A stretch of 63,829 bases of DNA, counting the filler, from Octopus bimaculoides (taxonomy: Eukaryota): NCBI RefSeq assembly GCF_001194135.2. It is 6 parts of 6 records of this genome, joined end to end, with 100 filler letters (N's around TTAATTAATTAA, not from the genome) between each part and the next. Parts side by side here need not be neighbours in the genome. Positions count along the whole stretch, not along the records: positions 1 to 10,366 come from NC_068982.1; positions 10,467 to 24,125 come from NC_068987.1; 4 more parts are not named here. One strand, 5' to 3'. The notes under the pieces are model-generated. The model was not told the origin of the DNA. It saw only the letters and a list, made by a program, of their open reading frames with translations, and made no database searches. The translations under genes and the position numbers were made by a program. Of the stretch, positions 1 to 11,133 are shown piece by piece. Within the stretch, counting starts at the first letter, position 1; every line of letters starts with the position of its first letter.

Positions 1-625
1 GTTATTTTCTCGGACGAGTCATCCTTTACTTTATTTCCGACCACCGGCCGAATATATGTGTGGAGACAACCAAAAGAAGCATTTGACACAGACTGCCTAC
101 TTCCAACTGTTAAACATGGAGGAGGATCTGTGATGACCTGGGGAGCTATATCTTGGAAATCCGCCGGCCCAATGGTTTCCCTTCATGGCAGAATTAATAG
201 CCAAGACTATTTAAGCATTTTCTCTGATCAAATTCATCCTATGGTTGCGGAACTGTTTCTAGAGGGAAACGCAATCTTTCAGGATGATAATGCACCAATT
301 CACACAGTTAAATTTGTTACTCAATGGCATGAGGCACATTCTAGTGAAGTTGAACATCTTATCTGGCCGTCACAGTCCCAAGATTTCAATATTATTGAAC
401 ATTTATGGTGCATTTTAGAAAAACAAGTAAGGAATCGATATCCTCTACCATCATCTCTACAAGAACTGGAGACTGTTTTAGCTGAAGAATGGACAAAAAT
501 TACTCTGGAAACAATTTAAACTTTGTACGAGTCCATACCTCATACAATTCAAGCTGTAATTACTGCCAAAGGTGGTCCTACCCCATATTAAAATAAATTT
601 GTTTGAAATTTTAAGGTGTTTCCAT
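1..625 (+). mobile_element. Tc1-family DNA transposon, 3' part of DDE transposase plus start of right TIR (defective)
   Basis: Frame open from base 1: FSDES, VKHGGGSVMTWG, FQDDNAPIH, WPSQSQDFNIIEHLW. Stop at 517-519, then the typical Tc1 C-terminus YESIP..IQAVITAKGGPTPY*. TIR-like GGTGTTTCCATTAT near 615. Confidence 0.92.
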
Positions 626-881
626 TATCTTACTATCATTTGTATTTTAGACATTTTAGATACTTAAAACTATGTTAATTATTGATTCAAGAATGATTTG
701 AACACAGACATATATATTAAATCTTGTGTTGGATATGCGGTATTGTTCTTGTGGTCTTACACCTTTATGTCTCCATTCTCACTATAATTTGAATTCTAGC
801 TCATGCTGAGCACTTCAACTCTAGCCTGTTTTTGTGTATTATTATATTAACAATATCTAATTATACAAAAAAATTACAGTT

Positions 882-951
<70 letters not shown>

Positions 952-984
952 CATTTATTTTATAGACATAGACATATCTACTTT

Positions 985-1198
985 ATTTACATTATTTATA
1001 TTTGACAGATATTTGTCCTCATCTTGTATGTTGTTAACACATTTCGGCTGAAATACTCTCCAGCCTTCATCAATGATCAAGGAGGGTATATCAGCCGAAA
1101 CGTTGTATTAATAAGATGAGGACAAATATCTGTCAAATATACATAATGTGAAAAATGTAAATAATGTACATAATTCCTCATCTTTTAAATATAGAACC
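985..1198. mobile_element. Inverted pair of Penelope-like element terminal-repeat (pLTR/tail) fragments
   Basis: 985-1072 is the reverse complement of 1073-1140. Both match the tail that follows the GIY-YIG ORF at 9760-9900 (TGATGAAGGCTGGAGGGTATATCAGCCGAAAC...GATGAGGACAAATATCTGTCAAAT). Confidence 0.8.
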
Positions 1199-1220
1199 GT
1201 ATAGACATATCTCTCCGCCC

Positions 1221-1308
<88 letters not shown>

Positions 1309-1311
1309 GTT

Positions 1312-1730
1312 GTTGGCATTCCATCACTTACGACGTTGAGGGTTCCAGTTGATTCGATCAACAGAACAGCCTGCTCGTGAAATTAACGTGCATGTGGCTG
1401 AGCACTCCACAGACACGTGTACCCATAACATAGTTCTTGGGGATATTCAGCTGACCCTTTGAATTAAAGGAACAACAGAAACAGGAAGTAAGAGTGAGAG
1501 AAAGTTGTGGTGGAACAGTGCAGCAGGGTTCGCCACCATCCCCTGTCGGAGCCTCGTGGAGCTTTAGGTGTTTTCGCTCAATAAACACTCACAACGCCCG
1601 GTCTGAGAATCGAAACCGNNNNNNNNNNTTAGGTGTTTTCGCTCAATAAACACTCACAACGCCCGGTCTGAGAATCGAAACCGCGATCCTATGACCGCGA
1701 GTCCGCTGCCCTAACCACTGAGCCATTGCA
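1312..1730 (-). mobile_element. tRNA-derived SINE, family A (~380 bp), split by a small gap
   Basis: Matches copies at 31981, 41977 and 43171. The head on the minus strand has A-box (TGGCTCAGTGG) and B-box (GTTTCGATTC) motifs. Confidence 0.85.
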
Positions 1731-1764
1731 TTACATACATACATACATGTAAATATATATAGAT

Positions 1765-1915
1765 GAAATTTATAGAAAAACAAAAGACGAAGACAGGTGT
1801 GTGAACAACAAGCAAGTGTATTAGTTTAACGCTCGGGAAAAGGAAAAAGTCTTTTACGTTTCAGGCCTACGCTCTTCAACAGAAAGGAGTAAGAGAAAAT
1901 AAACAGAGAGAGAAT
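1765..1915 (-). mobile_element. Probable PLE tail fragment with minimal hammerhead-like motif
   Basis: Minus strand 1887-1850 reads CCTTT CTGTTGA A GAGC GTAG GCCT GAAA CG TA AAAGA. Confidence 0.45.
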
Positions 1916-2072
1916 GANNNNNNNNNNNNNNNNNNNNNNNNNNNNNNNNNNNNNNNNNNNNNNNNNNNNNNNNNNNNNNNNNNNNNNNNNNNNNNNNNTA
2001 TATATATATATATATATACACACGTAGATATATTCTATAGATATATCTCTTCCCCTCACTCTCTCTTTCTCC

Positions 2073-2127
<55 letters not shown>

Positions 2128-2513
2128 CACATACACTCATACATACGCATACATATCTATATACACCTATGCATGTGCATACATATGCATGAATGTGTAT
2201 GTTTGTTTACTTTTTTTTAGATCGATGAAATCAGTAAAATATGTTATCCATTACTTGAAGAAAAGAAATAGGGCTTGTATCAAAAAGGGCAAGCAAGGAA
2301 GAAGGACTAAAACGAAAGGAAAGAAATGAAAGTATGTATATATATATATCTAATATGATAAATGCGAAAACTAATTTTCGTGTGTTAGTGTGCCACACTT
2401 AGACACTATTCAATAAAACTTTCACTATTCAATAACACTACTACTATTCCTCATGATGGGGTAAGAATAATAATAGGCATAGAGACGGTGAGGGCGGTGG
2501 TGAAAACAGACAA

Positions 2514-2552
<39 letters not shown>

Positions 2553-2639
2553 GAAAGAGATACAAAGAAATTTATGGAGAGTTGATGTTATTATTAAAAG
2601 TAGTAGTGTTGGTGATTACAGTGGGAGTAGTAATAAAAG

Positions 2640-3330
2640 AGAGAAAAAGAATGGACATGTATTTTTAATATTTCGTTTTTATTATTGTTACTTTTATATT
2701 TACTTTAGTAGTGTTATATTTGTCTAAATTTTGTGGGTTGGATGTAATTACTCTATAGTTTATAATATTGGGGAGGTATTTAATTTTACCTTTATATCCT
2801 GCATTTTTTAATGCTATATTGTATTTTTCCTTATGTTTATTAAATATCTCTTCATTAGAGGAGAGGTTTGAAATTTTTTTTACTTATATTTAGTAGTAGT
2901 AGGGCTTTTTTTTATTTGCGAGGGATGGTTACTAGAATTATCTATATATCTTAATGTAGAGTTTTCTTTTATATAAGGCTCATGGAGTCCGGTATTTAGG
3001 TTACAATTTGCATTTAAATAGTTTATAGAATAGTTTTCGTTTTCAGCAATTATGGATAGGCCAAACTTATTAAAGAATTTATGCAAACGCTTTTTGAGCT
3101 GTTCAAGACGTCTATTCGAAAGGTTTAGCTAAGAATAGTACGTCATCCCTATATAGACCTCCGGTTTATTCAGAGAATTTCCTCCCTATATTATCTAAAA
3201 CATATAGACCTACCAGGTCTGTCGCTTACGCTGAATCTGGCGATTCCCTTTATTTTGATTAAAATATCAACGTCTTCGGAGAAAAAGCTTTCAATGCTGT
3301 TGCCTACTCTATTAATATCTGTCACTGTCA
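2640..3330 (-). mobile_element. Penelope-like retroelement reverse transcriptase fragment (degraded)
   Basis: Minus-strand frames give PDSA*ATDLVGLYVL, GGLYRDDVLFL, NYLNANCNLNTGLHEPYIK..YIDNSSNHP and LSSNEEIFNKHKEKYNIALKNAGY. Confidence 0.85.
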
Positions 3331-4929
3331 CCCACTCCCACTATGGTTGTTTTACTCTTCCTTCCCTCTAGCATGAGCGTGATCGAGAGGGAACATATTG
3401 TGTTTTATAATATGTAAGAAGATTATTGTTTCACATAAAATGTTCACATAGCTTTATGAAGTTATATCATATGCCATAGTGAGCCAACGAGGGAGTCACT
3501 AAGCCATGTTTGTTTTTAAACATTTTGTCAGGAGAGAAGGCAGTGTCTTTGACCATTTACAGGGTTCCTGATACTGGTAGGAGGAGTTTATTTTCAAACC
3601 AGATATCTCACCAGAATGCTTGCAACAAAGTAGACTCTACTAATGGTAACCAAAGTGCCAAGTTATGGTGTTAAGCAAGGCATGATTTGAATCTGAATAC
3701 AAAGAACCAAAACAAATACCGCAAGGCATCCAAATCTGTTGTTGCTGTTCTGCTAATTACCTGACTTAAATTAATGCTATCTTATTGACTCCGAAGAGAT
3801 AAAAGGTAAAGTGGACCTTACCGGGATTTAAACGCAAAACACAGAGTCGAAACAAATATCACGGGGTACTCAATCCTTATGCTCTAATAACACTGCCGGC
3901 GAGAAATAGTAATCAAGCTTCTTCTAGCGTTATCAACAACTATCGCGAAGAAGAAGACATACTATTGGATCATATAGTTACAGATAAGCAATGTCCAAGA
4001 AAAAGAAGGGACTAATCGGGACCTGACGCCTTTGATCACAGGTCTGCTTACGTGAGGGCCGACCTAGAGTTAAACGCTAGCATTTAATATAGTTAAAGGC
4101 CAAATGCTTGTTTTTATGTATGTAATCAAGTCTACATGTAGTCGCTAGCTCCAGGGTTTAATATATCCAGCCAGGTCAAGGCGTTCCGTTCCCATTGCAT
4201 TTCTATCGTTGGGTTACCTGAAAACTTACCTTACTTTTCAGATTTCGAGCTTCTAGTTCTGACTAGTCTGGTATCGTTCCCCCTTCCATTCAAGTTTTTA
4301 ATCCAATTTGGTGATCCAAGTGGTGCTCATCTGCTTCCCAAAATATGGATGTCATTGGCTCTCGAGGAGCTTATTCGCTTTTAACAAGTTTTATTTTTTA
4401 ATCCTGCTGGAAAAGTTGTCGAACGCTCAAACACGAACATGTTGTATTGGATTATATGATTACCAGTAGCCGGTTTCTGTCAGCCTGTCTGATAAGGCTC
4501 AAGCATTTTTAGGGAAGTAAAATAAATGAAATTGCCCCCAGTACTTAACTGGTACTTTATGTTTTGAGTCCCGAAGGATGAAAGGGATTTGCTCTTAGAA
4601 ATTAAAGGGCCTTCGCTAAATGCTGCAAAGCATTTTATCCGACATACTAATGAGTCTGTTAACCCAAATCTATATATTAAGTGAATAGCTAAACGAAATT
4701 TGGCCTGGAATTATTTTTTTTCAGTTATCTTAACATCTGTCAGCGAACTACCGACTGCAGATTAACTCTGGGCTGCGACCTCGTTTCACTGGACCACTAG
4801 CTGTATTGAATATATGGCGTTGCATATGCAAATTCCTTCTTTTTCCTATTTATTCCTCGGTAGCAACTAACAAAATTCAGTATTGAAAAATAATGCTAAA
4901 TCTTATTTTTGTAGTAGTTTCAAATAAAT

Positions 4930-5420
4930 CAATAAATATTTCTTCCTACTATAGGCACGAAGCCTGAAATTTTGAGGGAGGGGACTAGTTGATTACATCG
5001 ATTCCTATGCTCGACTGGTACTTATTGTAGAAAATTACTATTTTTAAGTCTCACAACGTGAGATATTCAGCAACAGTACTTTGCAGTAAAGCTTGTTTGC
5101 CAACATAACATTGCAGTCCTAGTTTAGGACGAATGTTGCTGTAATTTAGCCCCAGGAGATATCGTCCTAAACCAGGACTACCATGTTATGTTGACAAACA
5201 AGCTTTACTACATGATACTTATTTTATCGATCCGAATGGATTAAAGGCAAAGTCTATCTCGGTAGAATGAATAAATCAATAAATATTGGTTTCAAATTTT
5301 GGCACATGGCTAGCATTTTCGGGGTAGGGGGTTAAATCGACTGTATTGATCACAATGCTCAACTGATACTTATTTTATCGACCCTGAAAGAATAAAAGGG
5401 TAAGTCAACCTCGGAGAAAT
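4930..5420 (-). mobile_element. SINE family B fragments (two, one interrupted by a MITE)
   Basis: Share GGTACTTATTTTATCGACCC and GGTTTCAAATTTTGGCAC with copies at 54088 and 61313. Confidence 0.7.
5083..5211. mobile_element. Small palindromic MITE-like element (~129 bp, ~50-bp inverted arms)
   Basis: Left arm GCAGTAAAGCTTGTTTGCCAACATAACATTGCAGTCCTAGTTTAGGACGA. Right arm TCGTCCTAAACCAGGACTACCATGTTATGTTGACAAACAAGCTTTACTAC. Confidence 0.75.
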
Positions 5421-5810
5421 AAATAAATCAATAACTATTAATAAATAATAAGTGATATTCCTTCGTTGTGGTAAAAAAAACCCAGATGCTTTAAGCAGTA
5501 GATATTTTCATCATCATAACAGTGTAGAGTAATATACACTAACAGTGCCACCTACACTGTTGCAATATGGTTTAGATGAATAATCGATTCTAAAGGAGGA
5601 AGTGATAAAAATAATATTAACATCTCCGTTGAGAAAAGCAGGTGAACTGGTTTGTGTCACGTTTACACTGAAGCGATGGTTGCTTCTATTGAGCCAAACT
5701 AAAAATGTTTGATCTCATCTTACCTTGTCACCTAATTAATAGTCCATATAGATTTTATATCCTTAAATGGGTAGAAATCCCTTCATTGTAGCAGTTGAAT
5801 AATAATAATA

Positions 5811-5852
<42 letters not shown>

Positions 5853-6106
5853 TTTGATGTTTCAATACCAGCAGATGACAACGTTTCTCTAAAAGAAATG
5901 GAAAAACTTTCAAAATACAAAGACCTGGAAATAGAGATAACTCGAATGTGGAATCTAAAAACAGAAACAATTCCTATCATAGTAGGTGCCTTAGGTATAA
6001 TAAAAAAATATTCAGACAAATACATAACAAAAACACCAGGACTTACAAATATATATAACATACAGAAAATTGCACTACTGGGTACTGCACACATTCTACG
6101 CAAAAC
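5853..6106 (+). mobile_element. R4/Dong-type non-LTR retrotransposon 3' fragment (restriction-like endonuclease end), family 1
   Basis: DVSIPADDNVSLKEMEKLSKYKDLEIEITRMWNLKTETIPIIVGALG...LLGTAHILRK, preceded by (AAT)n. Confidence 0.85.
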
Positions 6107-7108
6107 NNNNNNNNNNNNNNNNNNNNNNNNNNNNNNNNNNNNNNNNNNNNNNNNNNNNNNNNNNNNNNNNNNNNNNNNNNNNNNNNNNNNNNNNNNNNNN
6201 NNNNNNNNNNNNNNNNNNNNNNNNNNNNNNNNNNNNNNNNNNNNNNNNNNNNNNNNNNNNNNNNNNNNNNNNNNNNNNNNNNNNNNNNNNNNNNNNNNNN
6301 NNNNNNNNNNNNNNNNNNNNNNNNNNNNNNNNNNNNNNNNNNNNNNNNNNNNNNNNNNNNNNNNNNNNNNNNNNNNNNNNNNNNNNNNNNNNNNNNNNNN
6401 NNNNNNNNNNNNNNNNNNNNNNNNNNNNNNNNNNNNNNNNNNNNNNNNNNNNNNNNNNNNNNNNNNNNNNNNNNNNNNNNNNNNNNNNNNNNNNNNNNNN
6501 NNNNNNNNNNNNNNNNNNNNNNNNNNNNNNNNNNNNNNNNNNNNNNNNNNNNNNNNNNNNNNNNNNNNNNNNNNNNNNNNNNNNNNNNNNNNNNNNNNNN
6601 NNNNNNNNNNNNNNNNNNNNNNNNNNNNNNNNNNNNNNNNNNNNNNNNNNNNNNNNNNNNNNNNNNNNNNNNNNNNNNNNNNNNNNNNNNNNNNNNNNNN
6701 NNNNNNNNNNNNNNNNNNNNNNNNNNNNNNNNNNNNNNNNNNNNNNNNNNNNNNNNNNNNNNNNNNNNNNNNNNNNNNNNNNNNNNNNNNNNNNNNNNNN
6801 NNNNNNNNNNNNNNNNNNNNNNNNNNNNNNNNNNNNNNNNNNNNNNNNNNNNNNNNNNNNNNNNNNNNNNNNNNNNNNNNNNNNNNNNNNNNNNNNNNNN
6901 NNNNNNNNNNNNNNNNNNNNNNNNNNNNNNNNNNNNNNNNATATATAATTTATGTATATATTAATATTATCTCGGTTGAAAAAACTTCGATAATGTAAAT
7001 ATGTTAATAGTTACCAGGGTAGCAAAAAACACACAAAAAACTGGGATATCATACCCGTTTAATAGGTAGAAATACCATGTTAAAGTCATGTATTATGAGT
7101 AGATACGA

Positions 7109-7397
7109 AGAATAATAATAAATGGAGCAAAACGCATATAACCAATAAGTTCCTTTAATTCCTACATATGTTTCAGAATATATGTGCACTCTACTCCAAA
7201 GAAGTAAGAGCTGCTGGAATTGCACATAAATTCATCGTCAGTGAAACAACTTACAAGAGCAAGACTTGCGCTAAATGCTAAGGTTGCTTACGAGTTATAA
7301 CATTCTATAGCTAAGTAAGTGACCGTTATATTTTGAAACATGTAGGAATTAAAGGAACTTATTGATTATATGCGTTTTGCTCCATTTATTATTATTC

Positions 7398-7398
<1 letters not shown>
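7109..7398. mobile_element. Inverted PLE tail pair with hammerhead-like cores
   Basis: ~65-bp inverted arms at 7109-7175 and 7334-7398. Minus strand has CTGACGA...GAAACATATGTA GGAA; plus strand has CTTACGA...GAAACATGTA GGAA. Confidence 0.65.
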
Positions 7399-7430
<32 letters not shown>

Positions 7431-7761
7431 TGATAGAAAAGACAACAAAAGAAAGAAAGAGGCCTCGNNNNNNNNNNNNNNNNNNNNNNNNNNNNNNNNN
7501 NNNNNNNNNNNNNNNNNNNNNNNNNNNNNNNNNNNNNNNNNNNNNNNNNNNNNNNNNNNNNNNNNNNNNNNNNNNNNNNNNNNNNNNNNNNNNNNNNNNN
7601 NNNNNNNNNNNNNNNNNNNNNNNNNNNNNNNNNNNNNNNNNNNNNNNNNNNNNNNNNNNNNNNNNNNNNNNNNNNNNNNNNNNNNNNNNNNNNNNNNNNN
7701 NNNNNNNNNNNNNNNNNNNNNNNNNNNNNNNNNNNNNNNNNNNNNNNNNNNNNNNNNNNNN

Positions 7762-7815
<54 letters not shown>

Positions 7816-8224
7816 CGAGTCTGCATACTGCTAAAAGACGTACTCAAGCTAAGAAATTGGCATTCTCCATTGTGGTGAGCTTCTTTCAAAGGCACAGTGG
7901 TGTGTACCTGAGGGAAAAGCAGACAAGACAGCTTTTGAAACACGTATTGTTCGACTACCACTTCCTTGCAAATTTCATGGTCGCACAATAAGTGATATCT
8001 GTTGCTTTCAAAGAGGAGTTCTATAACACCTGCCATCTAATCGGAATTTTTACCCTAATATCGATATAGAAGGAAGAGTACTTGATGTATTGATTATACA
8101 CTTTATTGATCAATTATCGAATCATTTGCATTTTCTACACGTTCCTTGTTAAATAAAGAGGCAAACCAACTGCGATCTCATGACATTATTATTACCACGA
8201 TCTCATGACATTATTATTATTATT

Positions 8225-8670
<446 letters not shown>

Positions 8671-8671
8671 T

Positions 8672-8914
8672 GCCTTTGCCACAGCTTCTAACGCTGGAGA
8701 TGTACTACGGTGTCAGCTGTACTCTACCAGTGAATTAAGGCAACACCTCTTATTTTTCGAGCACCTTCCGGATTATTCGAGCGGTTCCAAGCAGTGCTGT
8801 TTTCTGCAGCCCCTATTTGTCTCAGGTATTTGCCGAGATTTTTGCTCACTGTTCCCAGGGCTCCGACAATTATTGGTACTACTGCTACCTTTTTCATTGA
8901 CCACAACTGCTTAA
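8672..8914 (-). mobile_element. R4/Dong-type LINE 3' end, second family
   Basis: MWSMKKVAVVPIIVGALGTVSKNL matches the REL-domain C-terminus; the 3' end runs into (AAT)n. Confidence 0.75.
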
Positions 8915-8924
8915 ATTCCCAATC

Positions 8925-9638
8925 GCTACTTATATTCTTTGCTCGATGTTTTAGGCACTGAACTCAGTGCGTAAAACATCGAGCAAAGAATATAAGTAGC
9001 AATCGTGATACCCACCACAAAGAAATGATCAAGCTCAGTAACAATCTGTTAAGCAACAACTACCCCAAAAACATACTATCCACTCCAATTATGAAGAAAA
9101 GAGAGGATGAAACCAATAAACTGTCTACAGTCTATCTATCCTATGTGAAAGGCCTCTCCGAAAAGGTACAAAAGATATGCAGTCCATATGACATCAGGAT
9201 AGTATCCAAGAATAATACAACACTTCGCAAATATTTCCTTCGGGTAAAATCACCAATAGAAGAGAATATGACCAAAAACTGCGTGAACTCCATTTCGTGC
9301 AGCTGTGGTAGGTTATACAAAGGCGAAACATTCCGCCCCTCAAAATAAGGGTAGAGGAACATCGCAAAGCTGTGACACGAGGAGATATTGATAAATCGGG
9401 TATAGCTGATCATGTATGGAAAAGCGGATCGCACCTGTGGGATGAAGTTAAAATAATGAACAGAGAACACCACTGGAAAATACGAAAGCTAAAAGAAACA
9501 GTACATATGCTAGGACACAACAACCTTTTTAGCAGACCGAGTGCAGATATGGATAGCATATGGGAACCGGTATTAGGGAAGGCTTGGAAAATATTAGATT
9601 TATAAGCCCTAAAATTCACTCCGCAATTGTCTACGGGC

Positions 9639-9685
<47 letters not shown>

Positions 9686-9901
9686 CAACAGCAACAACAA
9701 CAACAAGAACATCGAAAAATACCTTAGGAATGAGAACCGAGGTTCGAAATTTCCCCAAGACACCTGATGAAGGTTGGAGGGTATATCAGTGGAAACGTTG
9801 TGTTAACAACAAGCAAGAATAGGACAAATATCTGTCAAATGTAAATAATGTAAATATTGTAAATAATGTACATAATTCCTCATCTCTTAAATATAGAACT
9901 G
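8925..9901 (+). mobile_element. 5'-truncated Penelope-like element: RT thumb, GIY-YIG endonuclease and pLTR tail with hammerhead
   Basis: KHRAKNISS..KEMIKLSNNLLSNNYP, VYLSYVKGLSEKV, NCVNSISCSCGRLYKGET.RP..RVEEHRKA, SGIADHVW, HWKIRKLKE. The tail carries CTGATGA...GAAAC at 9764-9796. Confidence 0.92.
9759..9804 (+). ncRNA. Minimal type I hammerhead motif of a PLE (stem II mutated in this copy)
   Basis: GACAC CTGATGA A GGTTG..CAGTG GAAA CG TT GTGTT. Stem I is GACAC/GTGTT and stem III is the palindrome AACGTT. Confidence 0.65.
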
Positions 9902-10010
9902 ACGTCCATACTTGTTGCAAAGTGTCCAATGGACGAGCCTGGCTATATCGCCGTGGCGTCTCTTATATTCCTTCTGGGCTAGTGACGTACATTGGCGTAC
10001 ATGCCAGCCA
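9902..10010 (-). mobile_element. R4/Dong fragment (region after the CCHC zinc finger)
   Basis: CTSLAQKEYKRRHGDIARLVHWTLCNKYG, similar to the 17690-17790 segment. Confidence 0.75.
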
Positions 10011-10039
10011 ATTATTATTATTATTATTATTTTTTCTCC

Positions 10040-10366
10040 CACTAACCCTCTATAGAACGCTAGAGTGGAGCTACTACCGATCGCACTGCCCGCCTGACTG
10101 AGGGCGGTGAAAGCTTGGCGGCACTCGAGGTGCCAAGCGCCCTTTCTCGGTCTACGTTTGATCCAGGATTGCAGCTCTGTTAAAGAAACGAGCTGCGGAA
10201 AATCGCGTCTGACGAAAGGCGACCACACCTGTTCACCGTCCACGAAACGCTTGAGATGTCGTAGCCTGAGCGCATGTTTGCGCATCAGCAACCACGGCAT
10301 GCCAAGGCCTCCGTTCAGCGGCTGTTGACAGCAGATGAAGCGCCTGACCAGTGGTACCTGACCCTT
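10040..10366 (-). mobile_element. Probable Tx1/L1-like LINE fragment (GC-rich)
   Basis: GC-rich, coding-like island (WSPFVRRDFPQLVSLTELQSWIKRR...WHLECRQA) with composition like the Tx1 fragment at 55410-56600; no catalytic motif visible. Confidence 0.45.
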
Positions 10367-10466
10367 NNNNNNNNNNNNNNNNNNNNNNNNNNNNNNNNNN
10401 NNNNNNNNNNTTAATTAATTAANNNNNNNNNNNNNNNNNNNNNNNNNNNNNNNNNNNNNNNNNNNN
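10367..10466. other. Artificial scaffold gap: 44 N + TTAATTAATTAA + 44 N
   Basis: The same 100-bp structure occurs at 24126-24225, 37153-37252, 44639-44738 and 54625-54724. Confidence 0.95.
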
Positions 10467-10470
10467 TTAC

Positions 10471-10570
<100 letters not shown>

Positions 10571-10944
10571 GTTGTTATTATTGTTGTTGTTGTTGTTATT
10601 AATGATAATGCTGAAGATGATGATTTAACGACGGAGTATTATTGATTATATCTTCAATGGTAATTGACTTTATCAACCTAGGAAGAGATGAAAAGCAAGC
10701 TGGAGATAGGCGAGATTTGATCTCAGAATAACTTCAACTACAACAAATATCACCAGTAATTCGACAATATAAAGTAGATGACGTTGTATTAGCCACTCAT
10801 AACGTGAAGCGATGTTGCTAGATACCACTTCTGCCATTTTAAAAAAAACAAGTTTCCTTCTTTTAACATTCCCCCTTCTTGCAATGATATCCCCACCAAT
10901 CATACACACCACTTTCATTGAACTTTTAATTTCTATCTTTTATC

Positions 10945-11078
10945 TTTTATTTTGTACTTGTTTCAGTCATTAGACTGCGGCCATGCTGGGGCACCGCTTT
11001 GAAGGATTTTAGTCGAATGAATCGACCTCAGTACCTTTCTTTAAAGTTTGGTACTTATTCTATTAGTCTCTTTTGCCG
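10945..11078 (-). mobile_element. SINE family C 3' fragment
   Basis: GTTTCAGTCATT...GCCATGCTGGGGCACCGC...GGTACTTATTCTAT, reverse complement of the tail at 52030-52150. Confidence 0.75.
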
Positions 11079-11133
11079 GTAAAAATCTATACACCGACAA
11101 CCGGATTTAGCCAACCCATCGTGTGGTTGAGTA

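Noticed and set aside
1563-1680. Tandem duplication within SINE A
   Set aside because: The identical copies straddle an 11-N gap, so this is an overlapping-contig artefact.
4200-4520. Candidate minus-strand exon ending at a GTAAG donor near 4234
   Set aside because: All three frames contain stops.
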